A DNA stretch of 62,004 bases, counting the filler, from Nemertoderma westbladi (lineage: Eukaryota; Animalia; Xenacoelomorpha): the NCBI GenBank assembly GCA_032718475.1. It is 3 parts of 3 records of this genome, joined end to end, with 100 filler letters (N's around TTAATTAATTAA, not from the genome) between each part and the next. Parts side by side here need not be neighbours in the genome. Positions count along the whole stretch, not along the records: positions 24,492 to 52,285 come from JAUCBJ010003272.1; positions 52,386 to 62,004 come from JAUCBJ010002216.1; 1 more part is not named here. One strand, 5' to 3'. The notes under the pieces were generated by a model, which was given only the letters and a program-made list of their open reading frames with translations, was not told the origin of the DNA and did not search any database. A program made the position numbers and the translations under genes. Below are positions 50,565-62,004 of this stretch, in pieces. Numbering within the stretch: position 1 is the stretch's first letter; each line of letters opens with the position of its first letter.

Positions 50565-52285
50565 CTGCGATAATAAAATATTAAAATATAATGAAAAGCA
50601 TACCATTATTATAAGCTTGGTGTCATTAGTAAACCCACCCTAATATGCTTCCCTTTCCCAAAAGAGAAAGGGAACACCTGTTAAGGTTAACCACTTTGGG
50701 TGATCTTCAGCAGTAATCAGTTCACTCCGATTCCCAAGTTTCCAAATTTACAGTTGATTGTATAAAATTGTAGTTTTTTTTAGGAGTAAATAAGATTTAT
50801 TTAATTTCAATACGGAATGTTGTCATTTTATCGACCAGTAAAGGATGATAGCCTGGGTCTAGCTAGGACCATACCGCTTCACCAAGACAGCGCTGCTCCC
50901 GATAGGGATTGACCGTTGTGGTTGGAAGCCTAGAATATCACCACTTTCCCATCACCAATCAATTATATTTTTACGTAGCAAATTAGCCTTATAGATTAAC
51001 AACCCAATGCCTGCGGTCCTATGGACAAAATGCAAACTAAAAAAACATTTCGGAATATTTTCATACAGAAAAGGAGATAATTTATATTACTTAGTTCATC
51101 CAGGACATTGCTAAAAGTGATGATACGCGAGGTCAATTGTATAATATAATGACAGCAAAAGGTCTTTAATTAACATGATTCTAGCTTTCTAAGGATAATC
51201 TATACCATTAGGTAGAGAAGAGATATGAAAACACTTCAAACACTATTCACTAAAGAACCAAGCCTATAAGGTAACAAGGAATTCTGGCAATGTTTATAAC
51301 AGTGTATAATGAGTCCGCCCCTCGACCCTTCACTGTGCATGCTCCATTTCGGATTATTAAGCAAACCATATCGAGCTAATTATTATACAGCTATTAACTC
51401 AATGTAACCGATACTAACAACACTATTGTGACCCAGCAGCCTGGCTAATTAGCTATGTTTCTACCTACAAAGACCCCAAAGCTGGCCAATATAATCATTA
51501 TTAGTCGAGATTCATAGGTGACTAAACATAGCTCGCCGACAAAGAGTTTAACACAATGGGAGAGATAATATAGTGGCTATAGGTTGGTCGCATTATTATT
51601 GATCTGAGGGTCTATATATGCGTCAGTAGTGAGTGGGGGTTGGCCGAGTTACACAGTGGAAGAATCAAATCCTTAGTGGCCCAGCCCTTAAGCCGACAAT
51701 GTGGCACTGTGACTTACTAAGGCGTATCATTTAGGGGACATCGTAGCGGTGTGGGGTAAAGTTTAACGAGTCGTTATGGGGGGATTATAATCATACGATG
51801 ATTAGTATATGAGCTACTAATTGGAGCGACTTGTGTGCAGCTACCGTGGATAAAGGAATAAACCTATACCATAAAGATGCGTTCTATAAGTCATAGACCC
51901 CTGATTTATGAGGCAACCAGTCCAATAGGCTCCTGGTTTAAGAATACTCCAATGTATTTATTCAACAACGTGTGAGTTCATAGGAGCTCTGTGTCCTGTC
52001 CCGCCCACGGTCTGATTAAGGTCAGTTTTCCAGTCAAATGTTTCCAAAGCAACACCCTCTGGGAGATTTATCAATGTTAATTATCAATTACCGGAAAGGA
52101 ACAGATTAGAGCGACAGGCTATTCTAATCAAAACAAATGAGCGAAGTCGCGTTAAAAGTCACCCGACTCCCTCCCTCCCCCCTCCAAATGTTCAACATTG
52201 TCCGATTATCATAGCAGTGTCTTTTGTTTCAGATTGGAATGTTTTACTCTGGGATGGGATTTCACTCTTTAAGTAATCACACCAC

Positions 52286-52385
52286 NNNNNNNNNNNNNNN
52301 NNNNNNNNNNNNNNNNNNNNNNNNNNNNNTTAATTAATTAANNNNNNNNNNNNNNNNNNNNNNNNNNNNNNNNNNNNNNNNNNNN
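52286..52385. other. Assembly spacer (N-run, TTAATTAATTAA, N-run)
   Basis: Same artificial 100-nt spacer as at 24392. Confidence 0.95.
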
Positions 52386-52584
52386 AGTAACTGATTCGTA
52401 TGCATGGTTGAAAATTTTGCACATAATTTCAAGAAGAATTCACTTTAGTGAAAATAATTATAATTTATATAATGTTCTCTGGTATCTCTGGTGTGTTCCA
52501 AAAGACCTCCACTTCCACCAGCTTAGGGTTATGTGTTACTTCCACAAATAATAATACACAAGTAATATAAATTGGGGGGATTTA

Positions 52585-52618
52585 TGCGCCTGTCGATTTA
52601 TACGAATCGACAGGCGCA
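52585..52618. other. Perfect 14-bp hairpin, possible Helitron/Helentron terminal structure
   Basis: TGCGCCTGTCGATT-tatacg-AATCGACAGGCGCA. Confidence 0.45.
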
Positions 52619-53196
52619 ACAAAAGTATTTGGAATATTATGCCCATGTATACTTATGTATGTAAGCCTTCAAGTATAAACAAAACTGACCTTAACAAAAT
52701 CAAGGTAGGCATTTGTTATTTTCCATCAGCAACATGGGCTTTAACATTTAACTTTGCATGGGATTAATAATACTGTAATATTCTAGAACAATACCACATG
52801 GCCAACGCCGTCGGCCATGCACTCGCACGGCGCAAATGCTCCATTTGCGCTCTCCACCTGGATCTAAAAAGGATTCTGTGAAGCCGATAATAGAGAACTC
52901 GTGGGATGTTACAGTAATATCGTCCCTTTCATTTAGAAACCACCTATATATGACATTTTTGCCTAAATGAAGATTGCTGCACTTCTTTATGTTAAAATGT
53001 ATTCTGAATCCGATTAACACACTTTGAAGGCCATACTCCCACGTATAACTGAGATATTTATCGTTTTAAAACCACCTATATGCCACTTTTGCATAGACCG
53101 CATGATAAGCCCGAGAAACGTTGATATAAAATTGGAAACAACGAATCGGGAGCTAGAATTGTTGTTTATTATGATAGGGGGGAGATTTTTAGGGGG

Positions 53197-53548
53197 GTTG
53201 TTTTCTGTCGGTTTTCTCATGTCGGTTGTCTAATGTCAGTTGTCTGCCCTCAGTTGTTTTCTGTCGGTTGTCTACTGTCAGTTGTCTGCCCTCAGTTGTT
53301 TTCTGACGGTTTTCTCATGTCGGTTATCTACTGTCAGTTGTCTGCCCTCAGATGTCTTCTGACGGTTTTCTCATGTCGGTTGTCTACTGTGAGTTGTCTG
53401 CCCTCAGTGGTTTTCTGTCGGTTTTCTCATGTCGGTTGTCTACTGTCAGTTGTCTGCCCTCAGTTGTTTTCTGACAGTTGTCTGTGAGTTGTCTGCCCTC
53501 GGTTGTTTTCTGTCGGTTGTCTGGTGTCAGTTGTCGGCTGTCAGCTGT
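53197..53548. repeat. Degenerate tandem repeat, units of about 42-56 bp
   Basis: Recurrent TGTCAGTTGTCTGCCCTCAGTTGTTTTCTGTCGGTT(TTCTCATGTCGGTT)GTCTAC. Confidence 0.88.
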
Positions 53549-53575
53549 TGGAGTAACGTTTACACCCATTCTTAG

Positions 53576-54541
53576 TTCGACTTCGCTATGTCATACACTT
53601 GCGAATACCAGGATGAACCCCAATCAGCTCTATGGTCACGCCAAAGTGTTTCACTATTTACTGGAGCATACTTCAATAGCGGAAAATGTCAGAACACTTA
53701 TCTTGTATGTTCTGATTCGAAGGACAAGTATAAAAATGAGGTAGCTCATTATCTGGATCTTATTCTGTCAGATATCTATAAATATAATCCACCGAGTAGT
53801 TTGATTCTTTGGAGCGACGGCCCGTCCAGTGAATTCAAAAACAAGTACATGGTTCACCTCTTAAATATTCTTGGTAACAAGTTTTCTCCCCAAGGCGAGC
53901 TCATCTGGAGATACACTGCTACATCCCACGGGAAAGGTGTTGTAGATGGTGTTGGTGGCCGAGCTAAATCTCGTGTTCATTCCCTAGCTATGAGTAAGAA
54001 TGGTACAGTTGTTCAAAATTCAAATGATTTTTATAACTGTGTGAAATCTGCGATGCCTGCAGTGAAGGTCTTCCACGTTGATGCAATCGATATAAAGACC
54101 ATTCTTGACTGGGAGTTAGCGCAACCTGTACCTGGTATAATGAGATGCCATGATGTACGCTTTAATGGAGCTGATAACTCAGTTAAACTTAAAGTAACAT
54201 CGACGAGTAACGAACTGCACCTTGCTCTCAGTGGATCTAACCGTGGAGAAATTTTGGGAGACGAAGATAGAGTTGAACCTGAATTTATTGATGTTGGAGA
54301 TTTCGTTGCGGTTAAATATGAAGGTTCGATTTATCCAGGACGAGTTGCGAAAATTTGTTCAGCTGGAATTCTGATCAATGCCATGACAAAGAGTGTTGGA
54401 GTTTCATGGAAATGGCCCAAAACCGAAGATATTCACTTATACCCTAGATGTGATGTTGTATGTAAAATTACAACCCCAGAAGGTCTTTCTAGAGGTGTAT
54501 ACAAGGTCCCTGACATGGACAAATATTGGGGTTATAAATAG
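53576..54541 (+). CDS. Sola2-like DDD transposase, 5'-truncated, with Tudor-like C-terminus
   Basis: FDFAMSY..YQDE.QSA.W (first Asp at 53579, with a stop just upstream), WSDGPSSEFKN and ATSHGKGVVDGVGG; C-terminal GDFVAVKYEG..YPG...WKWP..EDI. Confidence 0.75.
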   Translation, partial: FDFAMSYTCEYQDEPQSALWSRQSVSLFTGAYFNSGKCQNTYLVCSDSKDKYKNEVAHYLDLILSDIYKYNPPSSLILWSDGPSSEFKNKYMVHLLNILGNKFSPQGELIWRYTATSHGKGVVDGVGGRAKSRVHSLAMSKNGTVVQNSNDFYNCVKSAMPAVKVFHVDAIDIKTILDWELAQPVPGIMRCHDVRFNGADNSVKLKVTSTSNELHLALSGSNRGEILGDEDRVEPEFIDVGDFVAVKYEGSIYPGRVAKICSAGILINAMTKSVGVSWKWPKTEDIHLYPRCDVVCKITTPEGLSRGVYKVPDMDKYWGYK

Positions 54542-55438
54542 GCCTAGTGACATTTCATTTCATTGTCAATTTGGATTGCATTTTTGGTTGTAAGTCTAGA
54601 AACATTAAAAATAGAGTGTAAGTACCGCAATATATTTATCATTCGTGGGGCCTTTGCGCAGCACGAGACTCAGGGGTTTTACAACCAAGTCTCCAGGTTT
54701 TTATAATTCGCTTCTAGCGGCTGACAAAAGAACTATAGAATTCCGTCTGTGCGTAGAATTTCTAAACTTTTGACAGACAAAATGTTTACCAAGTTTGGTT
54801 AATTTCATCAATGTTCATCAATAAATGAACGAGTCATTAGCCATTTTTGACAACTCGACAATGGTACCCATATGCCAAGACTTCACTCACTTTGTGGCTC
54901 GCTCCACATTTTGCATCAATATCTTGGTTGGAAATAATAAGTTGCACTTCATTTTCACTAATTATCCGGAAATTACTGTTATGTTAAGTGTAAGAGACCA
55001 TTACGACCATAAAATTCGTACAGGTCCCGTACTTTACTTAGCAATGTCCCATACTTGACCACACTAACCACACTGTAAAAAATTTGCAATGTAGCAATTC
55101 GTCTGATATTTATATTTTTATTTAAGCTTATTAATACAGCTTTATCCTAAACATCAACTCAACACCGTACCTGCGCACAATTCGCTAAACTTTAGAATTG
55201 AAAAAATAAAATAAAAAAACTATTTCGTACGAATCCGTACTTTACCTTGATTAGACAAGCTAGTGTTTTCTTAAAAGTGACCAAGTACCTCCAAAATCTT
55301 AGCGAAATCAAAGCTGACATTCGAAAGTTCAATCCAAGCACAATTTTGTGCACATATGTGCTGTGGATAACATTGTACAGGCAATCAAAGTTCAAAATTG
55401 TGTACAAATGTCCCGTACTTTACTTTGGAATGAGCCTA
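53576..55438 (+). mobile_element. Right arm of the Sola2-like transposon
   Basis: Transposase followed by repeated GTCCCGTACTTTACTT (about 55025 and 55410) and a candidate end TGGAATGAGCCT. Confidence 0.55.
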
Positions 55439-56024
55439 TATTTTCTAAACTAAATATCGAATTTGTCTTAAAGGTTTTAATGCTTTTTGAGTAATAATTG
55501 TAATAATTGAATGCAATAGATGTTTTTTTGAAACAACCTATATCCCTATACATTGTTTCCTACCTAATATGTTACATAATTCCAATACCATAACTATTTT
55601 TTTTAAAATCGTTACATTTAATGTATTTAAAAGTAAATAAGACCAAAATCCTGGAATATTACTTTCAAACAAAATTAGAATCAAAAATGTCGTTTTACAG
55701 GAAACGTCAATTAGTTAATTTTGTCATTTAGGTTGTTTGAAAATGAAAGGGACGAACGATATCGCTTCAAGTTCGGCTTGTTTGGGTGCCGCGTTTATTC
55801 CACGAGCATTTGCATAGTTAGCAGGAGATATGAGGAAGTCTGTTGCCGTCAGGAAGTACGTTAGTGGTATCAACAGTTCACCAACAATAAAATTACGCAG
55901 GTCAATTGAATACACAAGGTTTCGATTTTAGATTCCGAACAAATCGAGGGTTTTAGAGGAGAGTTACGGCGGTTGATGCAGAGAAAAACCGCGATCCTAG
56001 AGCAACAGATCCTAGAGAGCTGTA

Positions 56025-56150
56025 AACTGATGTTTGAGTGATCCTAGTTCCCACATTTGAAGCACTGTAGTCCTTTACGACAGACAGTGCAAACCTCTTT
56101 GTCATCCGAAATTTGGTCGAGTGGGCCAAATGAGTTCCTTAAAGCCATCG
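56025..56150 (-). pseudogene. Degenerate PHD-finger-like ORF1 remnant (CR1/L2-type)
   Basis: Minus strand MALRNSFGPLDQISDDKEVCTVCRKGLQCFKCGN*DH, with the stop at the position expected for Trp. Confidence 0.35.
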
Positions 56151-56530
56151 ATTCCCTTATACAGTACCGGTACTGGAGCTGCCGGTAGCCGTTGGCGTTA
56201 CTTCGTTGGTAGAAATGCTAGTGTTGCTAGTGAGTGTTCCCCGTGTGGCCGGCCGGGTTATCAATCAAAATCAATAATAATCATTGATTAATCAATTTAT
56301 ATTTAAAGTTAATTATGGATGTGCTGCTATATTGGACTAAGGACTTACTACTTGACTTTATTGAATTGCTTAAGAAACGGCCCTTTTTCTTACATTCTGT
56401 GACGACTTAGGGGAACTTAACATTTCAGTGAAAAGGACTCAGCTAAAATAGATATCAGACCTACAATTCCGACTTATCGACTTTAAAAATTATAATTTAT
56501 TTTGTGGGTCGGAATTTTCCGGATTGGAAT

Positions 56531-57760
56531 TGGGGGCGAGCCATCATCGAACGGTTAGGTGGGATGGGAATGTGGGAAGGTGGCCGGATGGTTGATTATT
56601 GTTTTGGTTAGAAAAGACGGCCTCTGTAACTCCCTCCTTTCCTGCAATTGGTAGGTATCAACAACATTTATTGTTTTGGTTAGAAAAGCGCAACCATGTA
56701 ACCTGTTCTTACTATTCGTTAGTTTGATCTTTAATGTCCAGGGCCATGCCCCAGCCGACACCGGTTATTAGAAGACCGTCAGGGCTTCTTGCTGTCAAAA
56801 AAAAACGTCTGTATGTTTGTCTGTGTGTATGTTTGTTTGTGCACATTGATATTGGCTTGGAAGGGTAAGAAGTGCTCTACTTCGTGGCCAACTATACAAA
56901 GAAATGTATCGATTATGTGGGTTATTAATTATTTAAGCGGGTAAAATTAAGCTCTTGCTTTTTCCCGTTCCGAGGTATTTGTAGTTGCTACTTTACTGTA
57001 GTACTTTACTTCCAGTATAGTAAGTGTTGGTTGTCCTTTCAGTCCATTAACTACGGAAGTGTAGGGCCCTACTATTTGTGATTTAACCGTATTAATTATC
57101 AGTTGCCATAAGAGTATATCATTAATCACTCACCAATCATTAAGAGTAGGCCTATGTAGCATTTCTTGTAAAATTGTTTCACTTTCTACCAAAATAACTA
57201 TATCGTCTGCATACAGCAAGACTACTTGTATATATATTCCATTTATATTTACACCAAAGTTAGGTTGTTTTAATTCGTTCACAATATGTGTTAATTAATA
57301 ATCCAGAGAGTTGGAGAAAAACAGTCACCCTGACGTGAAGTAAGTACTCCAGCAGTTGTTTCGAACCAAGGAGTGCAGTTATTATTAAAAATCACAGATG
57401 TTGTAGAGCCTGTATAAAACTACGGACACACAGGTAAAAATGACCACCAATACCAAAAGACAATTGGTGGGTACAACATCGTTTATTGTTTAGGTTAGAA
57501 AAGCACACCACTGTAATCTGCCCATTTCACTCCATTTATAGGTAACAACAACTTATATTGTTTTGGTTAAAAGCGAAACCATGTAACCTGGTCAACACAC
57601 GTTTATTGTTTTGGTTATGAGGTAGGTAACAACAACATCGTTTATTGTTTGATTAGAAAAGCCCGCCTCTCTAACCTGTTCCATTCTCAAAATTTTACCC
57701 ACCTTCCCACCTTCCTACATTCCCATCATCTCCATCAACCTACATTCTCACCGACCGACA
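56531..57760. repeat. Repeat element with ATTGTTTTGGTTAGAAAAG units and inverted purine/pyrimidine flanks, split by insertions
   Basis: Units at about 56598, 56670 and 57485-57661. GATGGGAATGTGGGAAGGTGG at about 56563 is inverted at about 57707-57728. A GGGGCGAGCC core lies at 56533. Confidence 0.5.
57130..57460 (-). mobile_element. Decayed non-LTR reverse transcriptase fragment
   Basis: RQGDCFSPTL (about 57306-57335) and LLYADDIVILVESETILQEML (about 57157-57219). Confidence 0.75.
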
Positions 57761-60700
57761 GACCTACCTACCTATACAGACCGAACCCTCCACCTTCCTA
57801 CCCACCCCTTTACTACTGCGTAGCGCCTGGGATGGCTGTAATGTTTTAAAACATAGTTATCTGGTGTTGAGATGAAACATTTATTTAGACAAAAACCGCT
57901 TCCAAATTTCATAAATAAAAGTGCAGCAAAAATATTATACTTTTCTACAGAAAAAATGTGAATAAGAAAACCAAACCCGCTGACCCAATGAATACGAAAA
58001 TTAATATGCAAAAATTATTAAACTGTACACGCAAAACCTCACATGCAAAAACTACATCTTGTTTCGTAAAAATTATACAAAACGTGGTGAAAGATGAAAT
58101 AAGCACAAGTGCGAAGGAACCGAAAAATACACCAAAATAGTAACAAATAATATTTGGGATATATAAAATATTAAAACCCAGCCGAAATGGCAGACTTCAC
58201 CCAACATAATATTAGCAATAGGCAATATTACTAATGTATTATTAACAGAGTACTATCAACTTGGCCAAAATCATATTCCTGGCATTGTAATTCTGATGTT
58301 AACGGAAATTATTCTCACGTAACATGTATTAGATGAAGGTGCTGACAGAAGGAGAAAATAAAAAATTATAAATTATGATATCACTCTTTTATCTAAATTT
58401 TTTATTATTTTTTAATACTAAAAACATTAACTAATTGGGTGACATTTAAAAAATATTGAAGAATAAAATTAATTATGTAATTCCATAGAATGATACTTTT
58501 ATGAAATAATCTAAGAAATTTGTGATTTAAATTTAGCTTCATCAAAATTAAGTTAAAAAAGTTAAATTTTCGGATTAGTTAAATTTTAAAATAAATTTTA
58601 AATATTATAAAAATTAAGAAAATATGTATTGGTAATATTTATTTGTGTTTCGTGTGTCTAACTGCAGTATTTTGACAAAAACAAACCAATACAACACATT
58701 TTGGTAATTTTCAGCACCACCCAGAACGGAGTGACCGACCATTACAATTTTATCTATTATATGCCTAACTCAAAAATGTTACCTTTATTCAACTAATCAA
58801 TACCACTATCCTCAATGGGGTCATGGCCGGTCATTCGGAATAATATCCTATATTGTGACTTTCTCTACAGTTAAATATGATATTTTAACTATAAATTTAG
58901 ATATAATTTAAATCCTTGAAACTACATTATTTTTTTTAATTCTTGATCGATTTCGATTAAATATTATATTTTATAAGCGAATCATTTGAATTTAAGTTAT
59001 TAAAAAATTACTTAATTATAAAACTCAAAAAGATGAGTCAGCAGTTACAGTCAAATAGTTCACTGGTCATGTTTAAGTACTTTGGTAATAAAAAAGGAAA
59101 CTTTCATATGGAATAATCAACCAAAAAGGGATTGATTGCTGTTCATTCTTAAGTCAAATTAAACATTAAAACAACAAACAAGTGTAAATAAACGCATCAA
59201 TGGAGTTAGCTACTAGAATCAAAAAAATTAAATTCAAAAAATAAAACTATTATTACTACAAAAAAATTTATTTCAAAAAATCACAAATGTCAGGTTTGAA
59301 AAATATGCCATTCAACTAAAAAATTGCATCAGAATTCAAAAAATGTAAATGTTAGTTATTAGTACAAATTCACCACAGGTATGAATATTATTATAAGAGT
59401 TGACAAAAAATACCAAACATTAAGCAATAATAAAATGGGATTTATACTGAAAATAACATATACCATCTAAAAAACGAAAAAGACAACAATACAAAATATC
59501 ATCTCAACACAATAATACAATGTCAAAAATCTGTGGAACCTATACACCCAAACTGATTAGAAAAACCAATCTACATTCACGATAATCTATTCCTACAGTA
59601 ACACATAATTAATTATATACCTATTTTATTCCCAAAAACCAAATCTACAACAAACTGCAAGATTATGTTTATATAATATAATAATAGTATGTGATAAAGC
59701 ATACCGCAAATCCTCAATATCTCCTACCCACTACATGATAAAATAATTAATAATCAATCAACCAGCAAAAAATATATGAAATAATCAAAGTGTGTTTACA
59801 ATGCGTGGGGTTAGTAACATAAGATAATGTATGAAGTGAGATCTCAATCAGGAAATTATATAGATAATAGCAATGCTTCTCCGGAAGCAGAAAAAAAAGA
59901 TATAATTTTTTTCATTAATGATGAAATGAATATTAATATTGAACATAATTAATTATATAGCATAACAGACCTAACTATATATCATAAATACCGTGATACA
60001 CTCAACTCAAAGTAAATATATTTATAAAATAAATTTAAGCAATTAAATCAACTGAAGTTAAAGTTAACCAGCTGAAAAAGTTGAAATCGACAGAAATATT
60101 TTTAACAAAGATAAATAAATCCCGTCCAGTTTTAATAAATTTTACATTAGATTTTTACGATATTGAGGTCTTTTGTCCGTGGGTGAACCTCTTTTAAATC
60201 CATCAAACTACCTTTTATACAGAGGTTTACATCCTTTATTGTCTCGTTTAGGTCCTTTTTCTAGAATTCGTTTGAAAAAAATAGACACTAAATGAAACTT
60301 TCGAGCGCTCATTTCCCACGTCTCAAGAAAATTCAGATATTTTACGGATTTGTAACCCTAATATGTCCAGATTTACATCTCTCCAACAAATCATGTACTT
60401 AAGAGGAGAAAAAATAGCTCAGGTGTTACTAGTGAGGGAGGGGGAGCTCTAGCTAAACAAATTAAGAATTATTCTTTAGATCCAGAAGGTGTGGGGCTGC
60501 GGTGTATTACCTCCGTAAATGAGTTAATATTGAATAAAATAAATATATTAAAAAATTGGAGAGAACCAATTGTCATATTTTTCAGCTAAGAAACGCCCAT
60601 TGCGAAAATGGGTTATCTGTAGATCCAAGCATCACCCTACACCACCACCACTGATCTCAAAGTTCCCCTTATCATATGCGTGATATCCGAACAAACCTTG

Positions 60701-62004
60701 CTAGAAGATATTAATTAATCAAACGAACATCACCTCAAATAATATGCATTATTTAAATTGCACGTACAATTATTTGTTTCAAAAACTGCCAATGACACAT
60801 AAACATATATAAAGATAACAATTCCCAAAAAAACACCAAATATATATTAGATAATTAGTTCTACTCTATAGAACAAATTAGACACACTTCAATGAAAAAT
60901 AATAGGAAATTCAAAATTATAATTCTAACTCACCTCGCATCCCTTAGCTAAAAAAAAAGCAAACTGCACTAAAATTACAGCACTTTTGTACTTATTAGAA
61001 ATTATCCAAGTATATCAATCAGAATCAAGTAAAATGCATAATACAAATTAATTATATAATAATACTTAATTATTTTACTTTAGTACTCAATGTCTGTGGG
61101 CGTAAAAAACCAATTAATAGGAATTTAATATTCGTACCGGTACCCTAATGTGAAATTATATTCGACATTAAACAACAATCGATCTATGACCCTCGCACTA
61201 TTATTAATAGTATCATTATTATACATTGTTTTTCTCATTAAAGCAGCTCATGGCTTTAAAGATGCAGATGAGAAAGAGAGTGTAGTTACTAGTTACCCAC
61301 ACAACCGCCTTGACATGTAACATGAGTACCAGGATGACACATGATGTCAATCATTATAAACATACGGAGAACCCAAGATGAAAAAAAGTAAGTATTTACT
61401 TGACAAAACTTAATGATAACAAAAAAATAAAAATAAAAACTTATAATATACAACATAATATTATAACTTTTAGCAAATAAAAAAAATTAAATACCATGAT
61501 AAAGTTAGAGGGTTGCATAACGCCAGGCAAGTGAAAACTAACAGGGAGATATTATTAGAAGCGGGATAAAAACTATGAAAAACACTGAAAAAATAATGTA
61601 TGGACGCAGTGTAATAATGTTTACCTGTCATACACACGCGCTATACACATACTATAACCACAGACCAAGAGCATTTGTATAAGAATCAAGCTCATTAACG
61701 TGATCAATACATGATAACCATAGAAGTTCTAAAACGCAATACACCACACGTATAACGGTTAGAGTTGATGAACGTGATGTATTCCAAGAGACAGACAGGC
61801 GGCATAATAAAGTCTCGATTCCAGCTTCCATATTTTATTGTCAGGATCAGAATAGAAAACAACGTTACAAAAGTAACAGTGGCAAACATATCAAGGTGAC
61901 GTACGTCAAGGTAAGGGAGAAGGGGGAGGGGTCACAAAAATTAGTACCGGACTACCCCCCCCCCCCCCCGGTGACCACACCACCCCCCCCCGTGACCACA
62001 CTAC

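Noticed and set aside
58690-58742. Minus-strand MVGHSVLGG as the Pax6 paired-domain start
   Set aside because: It lacks GVNQ and all downstream paired residues; chance similarity.

Overview
This is a repeat-rich animal genomic window, probably from a protostome invertebrate (inferred from the Pax6 linker motif). Two 100-nt spacers (N-run, TTAATTAATTAA, N-run; 24392-24491 and 52286-52385) split it into three segments whose true adjacency is uncertain. The only recognisable host gene is Pax6 on the minus strand: four coding exons at 45206-50564 covering the C-terminal paired domain, linker, homeodomain and C-terminal tail. Its 5' exons are not visible. The rest is mostly mobile DNA: two diverged, apparently nested Bel/Pao LTR retrotransposons (1-13458); a decayed Polinton/Maverick-like locus with a protein-primed PolB (about 14050-20420); Penelope, CRE-like, RTE, Academ, Sola2-like, Harbinger-like and MULE-like elements; and several minisatellites. 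Two observations stand out. First, the PolB locus carries a compact TBP-like gene 9 bp after the polymerase stop, plus a divergent ORF with two PC4-like repeats. Second, both Bel/Pao 5' LTRs contain a tRNA-like Pol III unit (A box, B box, oligo-T) upstream of their CCAAT/TATA promoter. All family assignments come from reading motifs by eye; no database searches were run.
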